In this document: piece after piece, positions 55,332 to 63,964 of the stretch | Layout: each line of letters starts with the position of its first letter | Position numbering within the stretch: the first letter of the stretch is position 1 | Assembly: GCA_963716425.1 (NCBI GenBank) | Contig: OY970310.1 | Location: 1,798,807-1,862,806, forward strand | Length of the DNA stretch: 64,000 bases | Reading direction: 5' to 3' | Origin: Candidatus Babeliales bacterium | GTDB lineage: Bacteria > Babelota > Babeliae > Babelales > JBFXEV01 | Translations under genes and position numbers: made by a program | Notes under the pieces: model-generated | What the model was told of the DNA's origin: nothing | What the model saw: the letters and a program-made list of their open reading frames with translations, nothing else | Databases searched by the model: none

Positions 55332-56315
55332 ATGATGAAAAAGTTATATGCAATACTACACATGGTATTGTTAAGCACCATGTTTGTGCCTCTTGTATCT
55401 GCGCAAGAACGACAAAAACTTAATATTCTTTTAACCAATGATGATGGTTATCATACTCTCGAAATACAAACACTCAAACACACACTTAGGAATGCAGGGC
55501 ACAACGTATTTTTAGTAGCACCCTCATCTAACCAAAGCGGTTGCGGCACATCAGTGCAGCTTTCAAGTAAAGAGGTAAAGTTAATTCATCTTGATATTAA
55601 TGAATATGCGGTAGCAAGTGCTGAGATTGGATATACTTCAGGACCGCATGCAGGCAAAGCTTGGCCTGCAACACCAGGGCAATGCGTTCTTGTTGGCGAG
55701 GAATTAATGTACCAAGCCGGGTACACACCTGATATTGTAATTTCAGGACCAAATCGTGGCGAAAATGTGAGCATTCGATGCGTGCATTCTGGCACCGTAG
55801 GAGCTGCTCAAGTGGCGCGCAGCGTGTGCATGGGAAGAAATTCAATTCCAAGTATTGCCGTAAGTATCAATTTAGGTGCAAATGAAATTCGCATACAAGA
55901 AACGGCAGATTTTATCACCGGGCTCGTAGCATCACTGGACGAGCACCGTGATGAAACTAATCAACTGTTGCCTAATGGCATATTATTGAATATTAATGTT
56001 CCTGCATTAAACAAAGACTTAACCGAACAAGTAAAAATCAAAGGCATTGCACTCTGCAAATCAGGCCAGGCGGTCTACGATACGCACCTTAAAGGACATA
56101 CTGTCTTTAGAGCCTATGATGAAGGTGATGATATATTCCGTATTGATTTATGCGTAGTCGATTTCCCAGATACGGCAGAAAGTTCAGATAACCTTGCCCT
56201 CATGGAAGGCTATATTACCATAGTACCCTTCGTATGTGATTTTACTGCGCACAACAACATGCAAGAAGTGTTCACAAAACTAGCACAGTTCTTTGCCAAG
56301 ACAAAAGAACATTAG
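55332..56315 (+). CDS. surE: SurE-family 5'/3'-nucleotidase with signal peptide
   Basis: 'ILLTNDDGYHTLEIQTL...VFLVAPSSNQSGCGTS' and 'SGPNRGENV' SurE motifs. N-terminal 'MMKKLYAILHMVLLSTMFVPLVSA'. Confidence 0.8.
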   Translation: MMKKLYAILHMVLLSTMFVPLVSAQERQKLNILLTNDDGYHTLEIQTLKHTLRNAGHNVFLVAPSSNQSGCGTSVQLSSKEVKLIHLDINEYAVASAEIGYTSGPHAGKAWPATPGQCVLVGEELMYQAGYTPDIVISGPNRGENVSIRCVHSGTVGAAQVARSVCMGRNSIPSIAVSINLGANEIRIQETADFITGLVASLDEHRDETNQLLPNGILLNINVPALNKDLTEQVKIKGIALCKSGQAVYDTHLKGHTVFRAYDEGDDIFRIDLCVVDFPDTAESSDNLALMEGYITIVPFVCDFTAHNNMQEVFTKLAQFFAKTKEH

Positions 56316-56353
56316 ATCATTAAAGCATACAAAAAACCGCAAGGAATACATAC

Positions 56354-57205
56354 ATGTCTCAAAATTCTGGCATCATTGAACGTGATGGTTATCAGCTTGC
56401 CTATAGCATTGAAGGCACAGGCCCAACGGCAATTGTTATTGGTAGTGCTGTCTATTATCCACGCGTGTTCTCGCAGGAATTGCGCAAACAGTTGCGTCTT
56501 GTGTTTATAGACACGAGAGCGTTTGCACATAATGACCGCCAATTTGTACAGCCTGTTACGCTTGATACTATTCTTGATGATATTGAATATATGCGCGAGC
56601 AGCTCAATCTCACCAATTGCATTATTATTGGCCATTCGGGCCATGGTTATATGGCAATCGAATATGCCAAAAAATATCGACAACAAGTCACTCAGGTGGC
56701 GTTAATTGGCATGGGCCCAGATCATAGTGAAGCAACATATAAAGCGGCAAACGCATATTTGGAGCAATCTGTATGCCCAGAACGTAAAAAGTTGCTTGCA
56801 AAGAATCTAGAAACATTACATGAACAGTTTAAAGCAGAACCTGCCCGCAGATTTATTACGTTGTGCTTGGCTCTAGGCCCCAAGAGTTGGTATACGTATG
56901 ATTTTGATGCTCGCCTACTTTGGAAAGATGTTCACGTGAATATGACTCTCATTGACCATTTCTGGGGATTTATATTTAGAGATATTGATATCACCAAAGG
57001 ACTTAGCTCTTTTGATAAACCAATCTTTTTGGGACTCGGCAAATTCGATTATCTTGTGGCACCCTTTTATATGTGGTATCCACTTAAAGACAAGTTCAAC
57101 AATCTGACGATTAAATTGTTTGAGCATAGTAGCCACACGCCCCAATATGAAGAACCTGAACTATTTGATGCAACGTTGCTTGAATGGTTGAAAAGCCAGT
57201 CTTAA
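56354..57205 (+). CDS. alpha/beta-fold hydrolase (proline-iminopeptidase-like)
   Basis: 'IIIGHSGHGYMAIEYA' nucleophile-elbow region (G-H-S-G-H-G, slightly atypical). C-terminal 'FEHSSHTPQYEEPE' catalytic His region. Confidence 0.65.
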   Translation: MSQNSGIIERDGYQLAYSIEGTGPTAIVIGSAVYYPRVFSQELRKQLRLVFIDTRAFAHNDRQFVQPVTLDTILDDIEYMREQLNLTNCIIIGHSGHGYMAIEYAKKYRQQVTQVALIGMGPDHSEATYKAANAYLEQSVCPERKKLLAKNLETLHEQFKAEPARRFITLCLALGPKSWYTYDFDARLLWKDVHVNMTLIDHFWGFIFRDIDITKGLSSFDKPIFLGLGKFDYLVAPFYMWYPLKDKFNNLTIKLFEHSSHTPQYEEPELFDATLLEWLKSQS

Positions 57206-57220
57206 AATTCACATCATGCG

Positions 57221-57267
57221 CTCAAAGTCTATAATTTGAAACTATAGACTTTGAGTTTTTTCTTTTT
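57221..57267 (+). terminator. rho-independent terminator
   Basis: Perfect 13-bp stem ctcaaagtctata-n9-tatagactttgag followed by TTTTTTCTTTTT. Confidence 0.85.
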
Positions 57268-57343
57268 GTACACTTGTAACTAATAAAGATTCTTACAAAA
57301 AGGGAATTAATTATGTGCAGCGTAGGTGATTTGTAATTAATAA

Positions 57344-58408
57344 TTATATGCCAAAAGCATATGCCCTGCTGCCATGCACAATCTCTTCAACTTCTTCCAC
57401 ATCAAGTAATTCTGCATAAATAAGCAATAGTAGTTCTTCGGTGAGCGACGTTCTGAAAATAAGAGGATCATCGGTACAAATTACTATTGGATGATTCTTG
57501 CGATAATATTCAATGCCAGGATGCATAGTATGGTGATCAACCATCATGGTCAGCTCAGAACTGGTCAAACAAACTTCCACGGGCGTTTTATGTGCAATAA
57601 TCCATGCATATGCAGCATCGCACAAATGCACTGCATGACCCACGCGTTCTGGTTTGAGTGTTTCAAGAAGCAACATTTGATCCGTTTCAAGTGGTGATTC
57701 ACCGATATGGAGCGCTATGCCAAGCCCCGCTTGTTTTGCTTCAAGAATAATAGGCAAAATACCGGCTATATCACCTAAGGTTGAATCACCAGAAATATCA
57801 ATGCCTGCAACCCTACGATCACGATATTCTAATGCAAGATCAACCGTCGCACGTGCATAAGCTACCGCTGCATTACGTTGTAAGCTTAAAAGAATGCATG
57901 CTTTAAACCCATCATTGTGTGCGCGCTCAATGCCACGCACAACGGCATCTAAATATGCTTGGTAGCCCTTGCCCAAATTTTTAAGACCAGTACGAATCTC
58001 CACATATTCCACACCATCTTCTTGCAACGCTTTGCACAAAGCAAAGGTGCCATCTTCAATTTTTTGCTCGGTGTTCACAATCTTGCCTGCAAGTCCAAAT
58101 GCAAAAAACGTATCTTGATACATCATGCCCTCTGCAATTTTATCAAGCCCAACTTGTAACGCTGCAAACTGTTCAGGTGTTGCGATAGTCTGCAGATATT
58201 CGATGGGAAATGAACCACCCAGATGTAAATGTAACTCCGCTTTAGCCAATTTTTTTATTCTCTCATTCACTTCGGGCAAAGCTAGGTCGTACAATCGGCG
58301 CTTCAGCTGCCAAAAAGGCGTTTCCTGTTCAAACAAAGTATATGACGACGCAACCGCACAGGAGATAAAACAGTGGAGCAATACCATACATAGTATATTT
58401 CTTTTCAT
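57344..58408 (-). CDS. add: adenosine deaminase family protein with signal peptide
   Basis: 'KAELHLHLGGSFP', 'ERVGHAVHL', 'VCLTSSE', 'ICTDDPLIF' are the canonical metal/catalytic motifs. N-terminal 'MKRNILCMVLLHCFISCAVA'. Confidence 0.85.
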   Translation of the reverse strand: MKRNILCMVLLHCFISCAVASSYTLFEQETPFWQLKRRLYDLALPEVNERIKKLAKAELHLHLGGSFPIEYLQTIATPEQFAALQVGLDKIAEGMMYQDTFFAFGLAGKIVNTEQKIEDGTFALCKALQEDGVEYVEIRTGLKNLGKGYQAYLDAVVRGIERAHNDGFKACILLSLQRNAAVAYARATVDLALEYRDRRVAGIDISGDSTLGDIAGILPIILEAKQAGLGIALHIGESPLETDQMLLLETLKPERVGHAVHLCDAAYAWIIAHKTPVEVCLTSSELTMMVDHHTMHPGIEYYRKNHPIVICTDDPLIFRTSLTEELLLLIYAELLDVEEVEEIVHGSRAYAFGI

Positions 58409-58424
58409 AATAAAACCTTTGGTG

Positions 58425-58760
58425 CTAATCTATATTTACTTGCAAATCCTGCAACTCACGTTCTTTCATTTCTTGATACAAATTTTTTAGAGCCCTATAC
58501 ACTCTATGAGGCTTATCAAGTTCGTGCTCCTCAACTACAAATCTACCACGGCGATCAGATGGTTTTACACAAGTCCAGAAAGCCCGATATACCTTTCTTT
58601 CTCTACAATACGTTGCTGTACGTACTCCATCCTCGGGAAGGATTGCTGAATAAGAGCAGGAACTATCATCTTCTACATATGATACACATGGTAACATAGC
58701 CATTGCATTAAAAACGGTAGTCATACTCATTACTACAATGCACAATATAGTTTTTTTCAT
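58425..58760 (-). CDS. small secreted hypothetical protein
   Basis: Start set at ATG 58760 (MKKTILCIVVMSMTTVFNAMA), 4 nt after the GNAT stop. No domain recognised. Confidence 0.5.
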   Translation of the reverse strand: MKKTILCIVVMSMTTVFNAMAMLPCVSYVEDDSSCSYSAILPEDGVRTATYCRERKVYRAFWTCVKPSDRRGRFVVEEHELDKPHRVYRALKNLYQEMKERELQDLQVNID

Positions 58761-58764
58761 AAGA

Positions 58765-59364
58765 TTACTCATAACCATTAAATCTAGGGTTCATCCAAAC
58801 CAATTGAATATCTGCTTTAAAACCACCATCTTTTGCGCGTATTCTTTTTTCAAATCTGCCCTCTTCTTTAAACCCTAATCTCTTATACAAACTAATGGCA
58901 GGGTTCGATTCACGCGCTAAAATTTCAACTCTTAAGATATCAGGGTAACACTCTTGTATTTCATGCAAAAAAGTTTGGATCAACTGCGTTCCAATGCCCT
59001 TTCCTTGAAAGTCAGGATCAACTAAAATGCTCCCTCCCGTCAATACATGCGCAAATACTTTCGGCTCAATTCTATACTTTGTCATTGCACCAATAAGCCT
59101 GTCTTCAAGCTCAACAACTAAAATCAACCCTCGGGTAACACCATTTGATAACAGGTCATGAATATACTTATCAGTTATCTCATCACGCGTACGTGCCAAT
59201 CCACCGGGAATTGCGGCAACTCGTTGATACAATTGCTTTAAGCTATCTGTATCTTGAAATTCTGCTTTTCTAATAACGTAATTAAAACTACTTTTTGCCA
59301 TACATACATTGCTTAAAAGAGTAAACGTCATCATTAAAAATGCAAAAATATATTTTACGAACAT
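58765..59364 (-). CDS. GNAT-family N-acetyltransferase with N-terminal hydrophobic segment
   Basis: Acetyl-CoA site 'VDPDFQGKGIGTQLIQ' and 'AISLYKRLGFKEEG'. Confidence 0.8.
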   Translation of the reverse strand: MFVKYIFAFLMMTFTLLSNVCMAKSSFNYVIRKAEFQDTDSLKQLYQRVAAIPGGLARTRDEITDKYIHDLLSNGVTRGLILVVELEDRLIGAMTKYRIEPKVFAHVLTGGSILVDPDFQGKGIGTQLIQTFLHEIQECYPDILRVEILARESNPAISLYKRLGFKEEGRFEKRIRAKDGGFKADIQLVWMNPRFNGYE

Positions 59365-59365
59365 A

Positions 59366-59989
59366 TTACGTCCAAATCTTGCTCAAAGCATAAACACCAA
59401 ACGCAAATATTGCAAATCCAGCAACATAATTAATGTACCGTAACATGGTTACTGACACTTTCTTTCTGAATATCCCAACGGCAAAACATAACATAAACCA
59501 CCATGACGCCGATCCCAAAAATACGCCACCCACAAAGTTTAATGATTCTTGATACCCAGAAACATCAATATTTAGTCCGGTAAAAAGTGCCATAAAATCC
59601 AATATGGTGGCGGGGTTAGTTAATGTTAAAAAAAAGGTTGCTACAAATGCCCATAATAAACCTCCAGGAACAGTCTCTTTTGTATCAATAGACTTGGGTT
59701 GAGAGAATATTTTTTTCAAGCCAAGGAAACATAAAAACAGACCTCCCACTAATGTTAATGGCATTTTATATGCGAGCAATACTGTTTGAGTTGCCTTAAG
59801 ACCAAGAGCTACCAAAATGCCATAACACATATCAGCCGTTGCTGCCCCCAGCCCTGATGCTATACCAAGACGAATGCCTCCCCTTAAGGTTTCTTGTATA
59901 CACAGAAAACCTATTGCTCCCACCGGAGCTGCAATGGAAAATCCGACCGCTATTCCTTCTAATAACAAACTCATATAAGATCCTTCCAT
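59366..59989 (-). CDS. LysE/RhtB-family amino-acid exporter
   Basis: Six-TM 200-aa protein. N-terminal 'GFSIAAPVGAIG' and 'NPATILDF' are typical of LysE. The start may be ATG 59974. Confidence 0.75.
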   Translation of the reverse strand: MEGSYMSLLLEGIAVGFSIAAPVGAIGFLCIQETLRGGIRLGIASGLGAATADMCYGILVALGLKATQTVLLAYKMPLTLVGGLFLCFLGLKKIFSQPKSIDTKETVPGGLLWAFVATFFLTLTNPATILDFMALFTGLNIDVSGYQESLNFVGGVFLGSASWWFMLCFAVGIFRKKVSVTMLRYINYVAGFAIFAFGVYALSKIWT

Positions 59990-60076
59990 AAGAATTGGTT
60001 GACTTAATCCTACTTATGCAGTACAATTTACTATATAATCGCTTTTATACAGAATATTATACGGGAAATCATAAAT

Positions 60077-60544
60077 ATGTCAATAGAAACTACACAATTA
60101 GACCAAATCGACCAGAGAATTATAGCTATACTCCAGCGAGACGCTACGCTCACAAATAGTGAAATTGCACAAAAAATAGAGCTCTCTCCGTCCGCAACTC
60201 ATGAAAGAATACGCAAGTTGCACGCACAAGGGGTAATTAAAAAGATTGCGGCTTTTATAGAAGCCTCAGCAATTGATAGGTCTCTTTGCGCATTTATCTA
60301 TGTGTTAATAGACACACCCCAACACAACAAAAAATTTATTAAAGAAGTAACTGACAATCCTGCAGTGCTGGAATGCCATCATGTAACCGGAGAGTATTCA
60401 TATTTACTCAAAGTTCGCGTTAAGAATACACAGGAACTTGAAACTTTTATCACTGAGTCATTAAAGGGTACACTAGGAATAATACAGTCACTTACGCAAA
60501 TAGTGCTTTCATCGCCAAAAGATGGTGGAACTGTTATAGATTGA
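60077..60544 (+). CDS. Lrp/AsnC-family transcriptional regulator
   Basis: 'LDQIDQRIIAILQRDATLTNSEIAQKIELSPSATHERIRKLHAQGVIKK' HTH plus a C-terminal RAM-type domain. Divergent from the LysE operon. Confidence 0.85.
   Translation: MSIETTQLDQIDQRIIAILQRDATLTNSEIAQKIELSPSATHERIRKLHAQGVIKKIAAFIEASAIDRSLCAFIYVLIDTPQHNKKFIKEVTDNPAVLECHHVTGEYSYLLKVRVKNTQELETFITESLKGTLGIIQSLTQIVLSSPKDGGTVID
60487..60542. repeat. direct repeat copy 1 (last 56 nt of the Lrp/AsnC gene)
   Basis: 52/56 identical by eye to 61233-61288. Confidence 0.8.
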
Positions 60545-60659
60545 ACTCATGTATAATGTATCAAGCTTAAATAGAGAAAAAAACATTGAAACTCTGGCAA
60601 AATACTTAATTATTATTTTCTGTTTATTTTGGACCTCTTGCTATACAAGTGAAAATCAC

Positions 60660-61157
60660 ATGATGAACATTTATTTTATTACTGGAACCAGTGGTGCAGG
60701 GAAAAGCACCCTTATTGAACACTTAAAAAAAAGACTTCCAAAGGATCAATTTGAGATTTATGATTTTGATGAAGTTGGCGTCCCGCCAAATGCTGATCAA
60801 GCATGGCGACTCAAAATAACAGATTATTGGTTGCTCAAAGCAAAAGAAAATCAAAAAAAGAAAAAGTCATCAATTATATGTGGCGTCTCAGTACCATCTG
60901 AAGTATTACAGTCCACACAAAATTTTGATATACCTCTATATTTTGGATTTCTTAAAGTTGATGACACAATCATTCGAAAAAGACTTGCAGCTCGAGATTG
61001 GGAGCAAAAATTGATTCAAGATAATATTATTTGGGCTAGCTATTTGGAAAAAGAAGTTAGCAATCAAAAAAATCATTTGATTGTAAATGGCTCGAATACA
61101 CCCGAAGCAATTGCTGAAACATTTATCGACTGGATACTATTGAAATCAACAAACTAA
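60660..61157 (+). CDS. P-loop NTPase / small-molecule or nucleotide kinase-like protein
   Basis: Walker A 'ITGTSGAGKSTL' at the N-terminus when started at ATG 60660. The ORF is open from 60549, but that extension is hydrophobic and unconserved-looking. Confidence 0.6.
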   Translation: MMNIYFITGTSGAGKSTLIEHLKKRLPKDQFEIYDFDEVGVPPNADQAWRLKITDYWLLKAKENQKKKKSSIICGVSVPSEVLQSTQNFDIPLYFGFLKVDDTIIRKRLAARDWEQKLIQDNIIWASYLEKEVSNQKNHLIVNGSNTPEAIAETFIDWILLKSTN

Positions 61158-61232
61158 AAAGTACGCATTAAAATATGCGACGCTGGAAACATTTATTACC
61201 GACATTTTAAAATCAAAATTAGGGATAATATG

Positions 61233-61288
61233 GTCACTCATGCAAATAGTGCTTTCCTCCCCAAAAGATGGTGGAACTGTTATAGATT
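61233..61288. repeat. direct repeat copy 2 (orphan duplicate of the Lrp/AsnC 3' end)
   Basis: Encodes 'SLMQIVLSSPKDGGTVID*' versus the authentic 'SLTQIVLSSPKDGGTVID*'. Confidence 0.8.
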
Positions 61289-61387
61289 AAGCTATACAAG
61301 CAAACAAGGAAAATGTATTATACTTAAGCATAATTAATAGTGCAATATGCAAGAATAGAAGAAACTCAATAAACAATAAGGGATCAT

Positions 61388-62116
61388 ATGAAATTAGTAT
61401 ATTTTCAATACGCATTACTCTGTTTAGTATATATAAATATCTCTTATGCAATGGATGTACATCAACAACCTGATGCGAGCACAAAATACGTACAAGTTCA
61501 AGCTCACGTTCCATTAGGACCAACTGCAACCATAGAAAAACAGGCCAATTTACAAGTACCAAGCAAACTGCTAGCAACAATTCAAAAGCAAAGACAATCT
61601 GAAGAAGAAATACTAACAGCATACATCAAACAGCGAACTCCAGAATTAACAAAAATGCTAGGTGTTTTTGTTGGTCTTATGCAAAATAATTGCACTGGTC
61701 AACCATTGCAATTGGGCACGTATGATGCCACCCTATTTAGTTTGTTAAAAGCACCACAAACCAGCTTCTTTTATTTGTGTGATAATCGCCTTATTATAGA
61801 TTGGCACTTGGGTGACCATGATGGATGGCGTCTTAATCACAATGTTACAATACAGTACGTACCTAACCATCCCCGTAAAGGAACGCGCTCGGACGCAATG
61901 GTAGAATTTGAGAATAGAACAAAGAACAAGCATTTTGCGGTTCCATTCTCACAATTAGTAACGTTATATGAAAAAGCTGGCCAAAAAAGAACTATTAATC
62001 AAAAAACAGTACTTAAATTAATTGAAACAGTAGCATCAGTAGACGAATTCACAAAACTTCACGCGGCGGATATAGTTGCTCTGGCACGGTATTATATTGA
62101 CAATCACGCAAAATAA
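61388..62116 (+). CDS. secreted hypothetical protein
   Basis: Signal 'MKLVYFQYALLCLVYINISYA'. No domain recognised. Confidence 0.55.
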   Translation: MKLVYFQYALLCLVYINISYAMDVHQQPDASTKYVQVQAHVPLGPTATIEKQANLQVPSKLLATIQKQRQSEEEILTAYIKQRTPELTKMLGVFVGLMQNNCTGQPLQLGTYDATLFSLLKAPQTSFFYLCDNRLIIDWHLGDHDGWRLNHNVTIQYVPNHPRKGTRSDAMVEFENRTKNKHFAVPFSQLVTLYEKAGQKRTINQKTVLKLIETVASVDEFTKLHAADIVALARYYIDNHAK

Positions 62117-62154
62117 GCATCAATATAATCAATATTAAACAGTTTGTAATCGTT

Positions 62155-63156
62155 ATGAAACACACCACACTGAGCGCATACATCCTCATCTTTTTAACTA
62201 CAGCAAGCAATAATGCTTTCTGCATGCTCCTTAAGTGCCCACCACCAATCACATCCCAAGAATTGGAACAATTACAAGATGCCAATCTTTCTATGCGTTG
62301 GGTACATCCTCAAGGCATGCTCGAAGTATATTATACCAAGGGCAAAACAAGATTTAATCTGCATCTCAATCCAGAAAATCTTGCACTAGCAGAGTTACAA
62401 AACCAGTTCACAGAAACAATTACTCACCAAGGGAACAAGCAACTCACGTACCGATATAAGCATATTGAAATCGTCCAGCAAGATGTATCTGCCATGCTCG
62501 ACTGCATTCCCACAGACGCACCTCTTGTATATCAAGCAAATCCACTCGTTGCCAACAATACAGAAACTATAGCAGCTCTCATTCAAGACAAGCATATCGT
62601 TTTTTATACGGGCGCAGGAATCTCAGCTAGTGCAGTATTTGTAATGGATGAGTTGATGAATCTACTACAGCTAAATATGCTTAAGAACCGGGAAGCCGCC
62701 AATCCCTGGCATGCGCTTGCCAAAATCATTCTGAATGACCCTAAAGCATACATTGCTCCCATGAAGCAGTTCTTTAATGATTGTGTGAACGCCAAACCAA
62801 CGCCTGCCCATGAGGCTATCACCAATATGGTGATTCACAAAAACTGGGGCTTACTCACTGAGAATGTAGATTTCTTACATGAAGGAACGGGAATACGGCC
62901 ACTTAAATGCTCAACCGCTCACTGGCTGCATGACAATGTAACCCCTGATGATTTACAAAAAATTGATTATGTGATTACCGTTGGTCTTGGCACAGATGAA
63001 TCTAGTTTTTTGAACTGGTACCGGCGCTGTAATAAAAAAGGCACTATCATTGCACTTAATCTAGTGCAACCAAACTACCTTGGCCCTCAAGATATATTTT
63101 TGGCAGGGGATGCACAACTCTTGCTACCCCAGTTATGGAATGAGCTTGGAACTTAA
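62155..63156 (+). CDS. SIR2-like (sirtuin-fold) protein with signal peptide, no zinc ribbon
   Basis: 'IVFYTGAGISASA' (GAGIS), 'KPTPAHEAITNM' (P..aH), 'LLTENVDFLHEGTG' (TQNxDxLH) and 'DYVITVGLGTDES' (iGTS), in sirtuin order. There are only about 25 aa where the Cys4 Zn module normally sits. Confidence 0.55.
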   Translation: MKHTTLSAYILIFLTTASNNAFCMLLKCPPPITSQELEQLQDANLSMRWVHPQGMLEVYYTKGKTRFNLHLNPENLALAELQNQFTETITHQGNKQLTYRYKHIEIVQQDVSAMLDCIPTDAPLVYQANPLVANNTETIAALIQDKHIVFYTGAGISASAVFVMDELMNLLQLNMLKNREAANPWHALAKIILNDPKAYIAPMKQFFNDCVNAKPTPAHEAITNMVIHKNWGLLTENVDFLHEGTGIRPLKCSTAHWLHDNVTPDDLQKIDYVITVGLGTDESSFLNWYRRCNKKGTIIALNLVQPNYLGPQDIFLAGDAQLLLPQLWNELGT

Positions 63157-63161
63157 CAGTC

Positions 63162-63524
63162 CTATTTCTTCTGTGCTTTCCAAAGAGCAAGTACCTGTAC
63201 AGTAATCTCTTTAGTGAGCACATCTTCGGGCACTTCTAACTGCTGCTCTTTTGCACGAGCTAATCTTTGCTCTATAAGCAATGGAATAACTTGTTCTTTC
63301 ACAAGAACATCGTAGTTAACTTCTGCAGTATGTATGTGCCCATCAATAAATTTACCATTCATCGTATACACTCCGAACATTGCTCGTTGATAATCAGCCG
63401 CCTTTTGTTGAACAAGAGCATTAACTTCTTGCGGTGAAACTTTGGTAATAGATGCCAGATCCATACCATGCACTGCCATTGTTTGAAAAGCCAATATACT
63501 ACCTAAAAAAAACATTTTTTGCAT
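63162..63524 (-). CDS. small secreted hypothetical protein
   Basis: Signal 'MQKMFFLGSILAFQTMAVHG'. No domain recognised. Confidence 0.5.
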   Translation of the reverse strand: MQKMFFLGSILAFQTMAVHGMDLASITKVSPQEVNALVQQKAADYQRAMFGVYTMNGKFIDGHIHTAEVNYDVLVKEQVIPLLIEQRLARAKEQQLEVPEDVLTKEITVQVLALWKAQKK

Positions 63525-63547
63525 AATTGATTCCTTATCTTAAAAAC

Positions 63548-63964
63548 TTACAATTCATAAATGCGCCACTGATCATCAGTTTCATCTGGCGCCACAAAAT
63601 AAAACAACTGACAGTTATGCACCGCGTCAAAATGAGTATCAATTGCTCTACACAGCGCTCTAAAAGTTCCTGCATGAGCGACAAACAATACATTGCCATC
63701 TGTCTCTAAGAGCATATTATTTACCGCCGTAAGCACACGCTCATGGAACACTGCATAAGATTCGCCCTGTTGAGGAACAAAATGCATATGCGTATCCTTC
63801 TTAACTTCATCCCATTCTGTGCCTTCCCACTCACCAAAATGGCGTTCTTTAAGAGCATCTAGAGGTATTTTAGGGATATCTAAATGATTACATGCAAGAT
63901 GCATTGTTTCTTGCGCGCGAGAAAGTGTGCTATAGTATACATGCGTAATGTCAAGATTGCTCAA
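63548..63964 (-). CDS. histidine phosphatase (phosphoglycerate-mutase-like) family protein, N-terminus unresolved at window edge
   Basis: 'VYYSTLSRAQETMHLA', 'ERHFGEWEG' and 'LFVAHAGTFRAL' are family motifs. The RHG catalytic region is not in this frame: an in-frame stop lies at 63977-63979, and another frame reads 'KDVVKRLS'. Confidence 0.6.
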   Translation of the reverse strand: MSNLDITHVYYSTLSRAQETMHLACNHLDIPKIPLDALKERHFGEWEGTEWDEVKKDTHMHFVPQQGESYAVFHERVLTAVNNMLLETDGNVLFVAHAGTFRALCRAIDTHFDAVHNCQLFYFVAPDETDDQWRIYEL

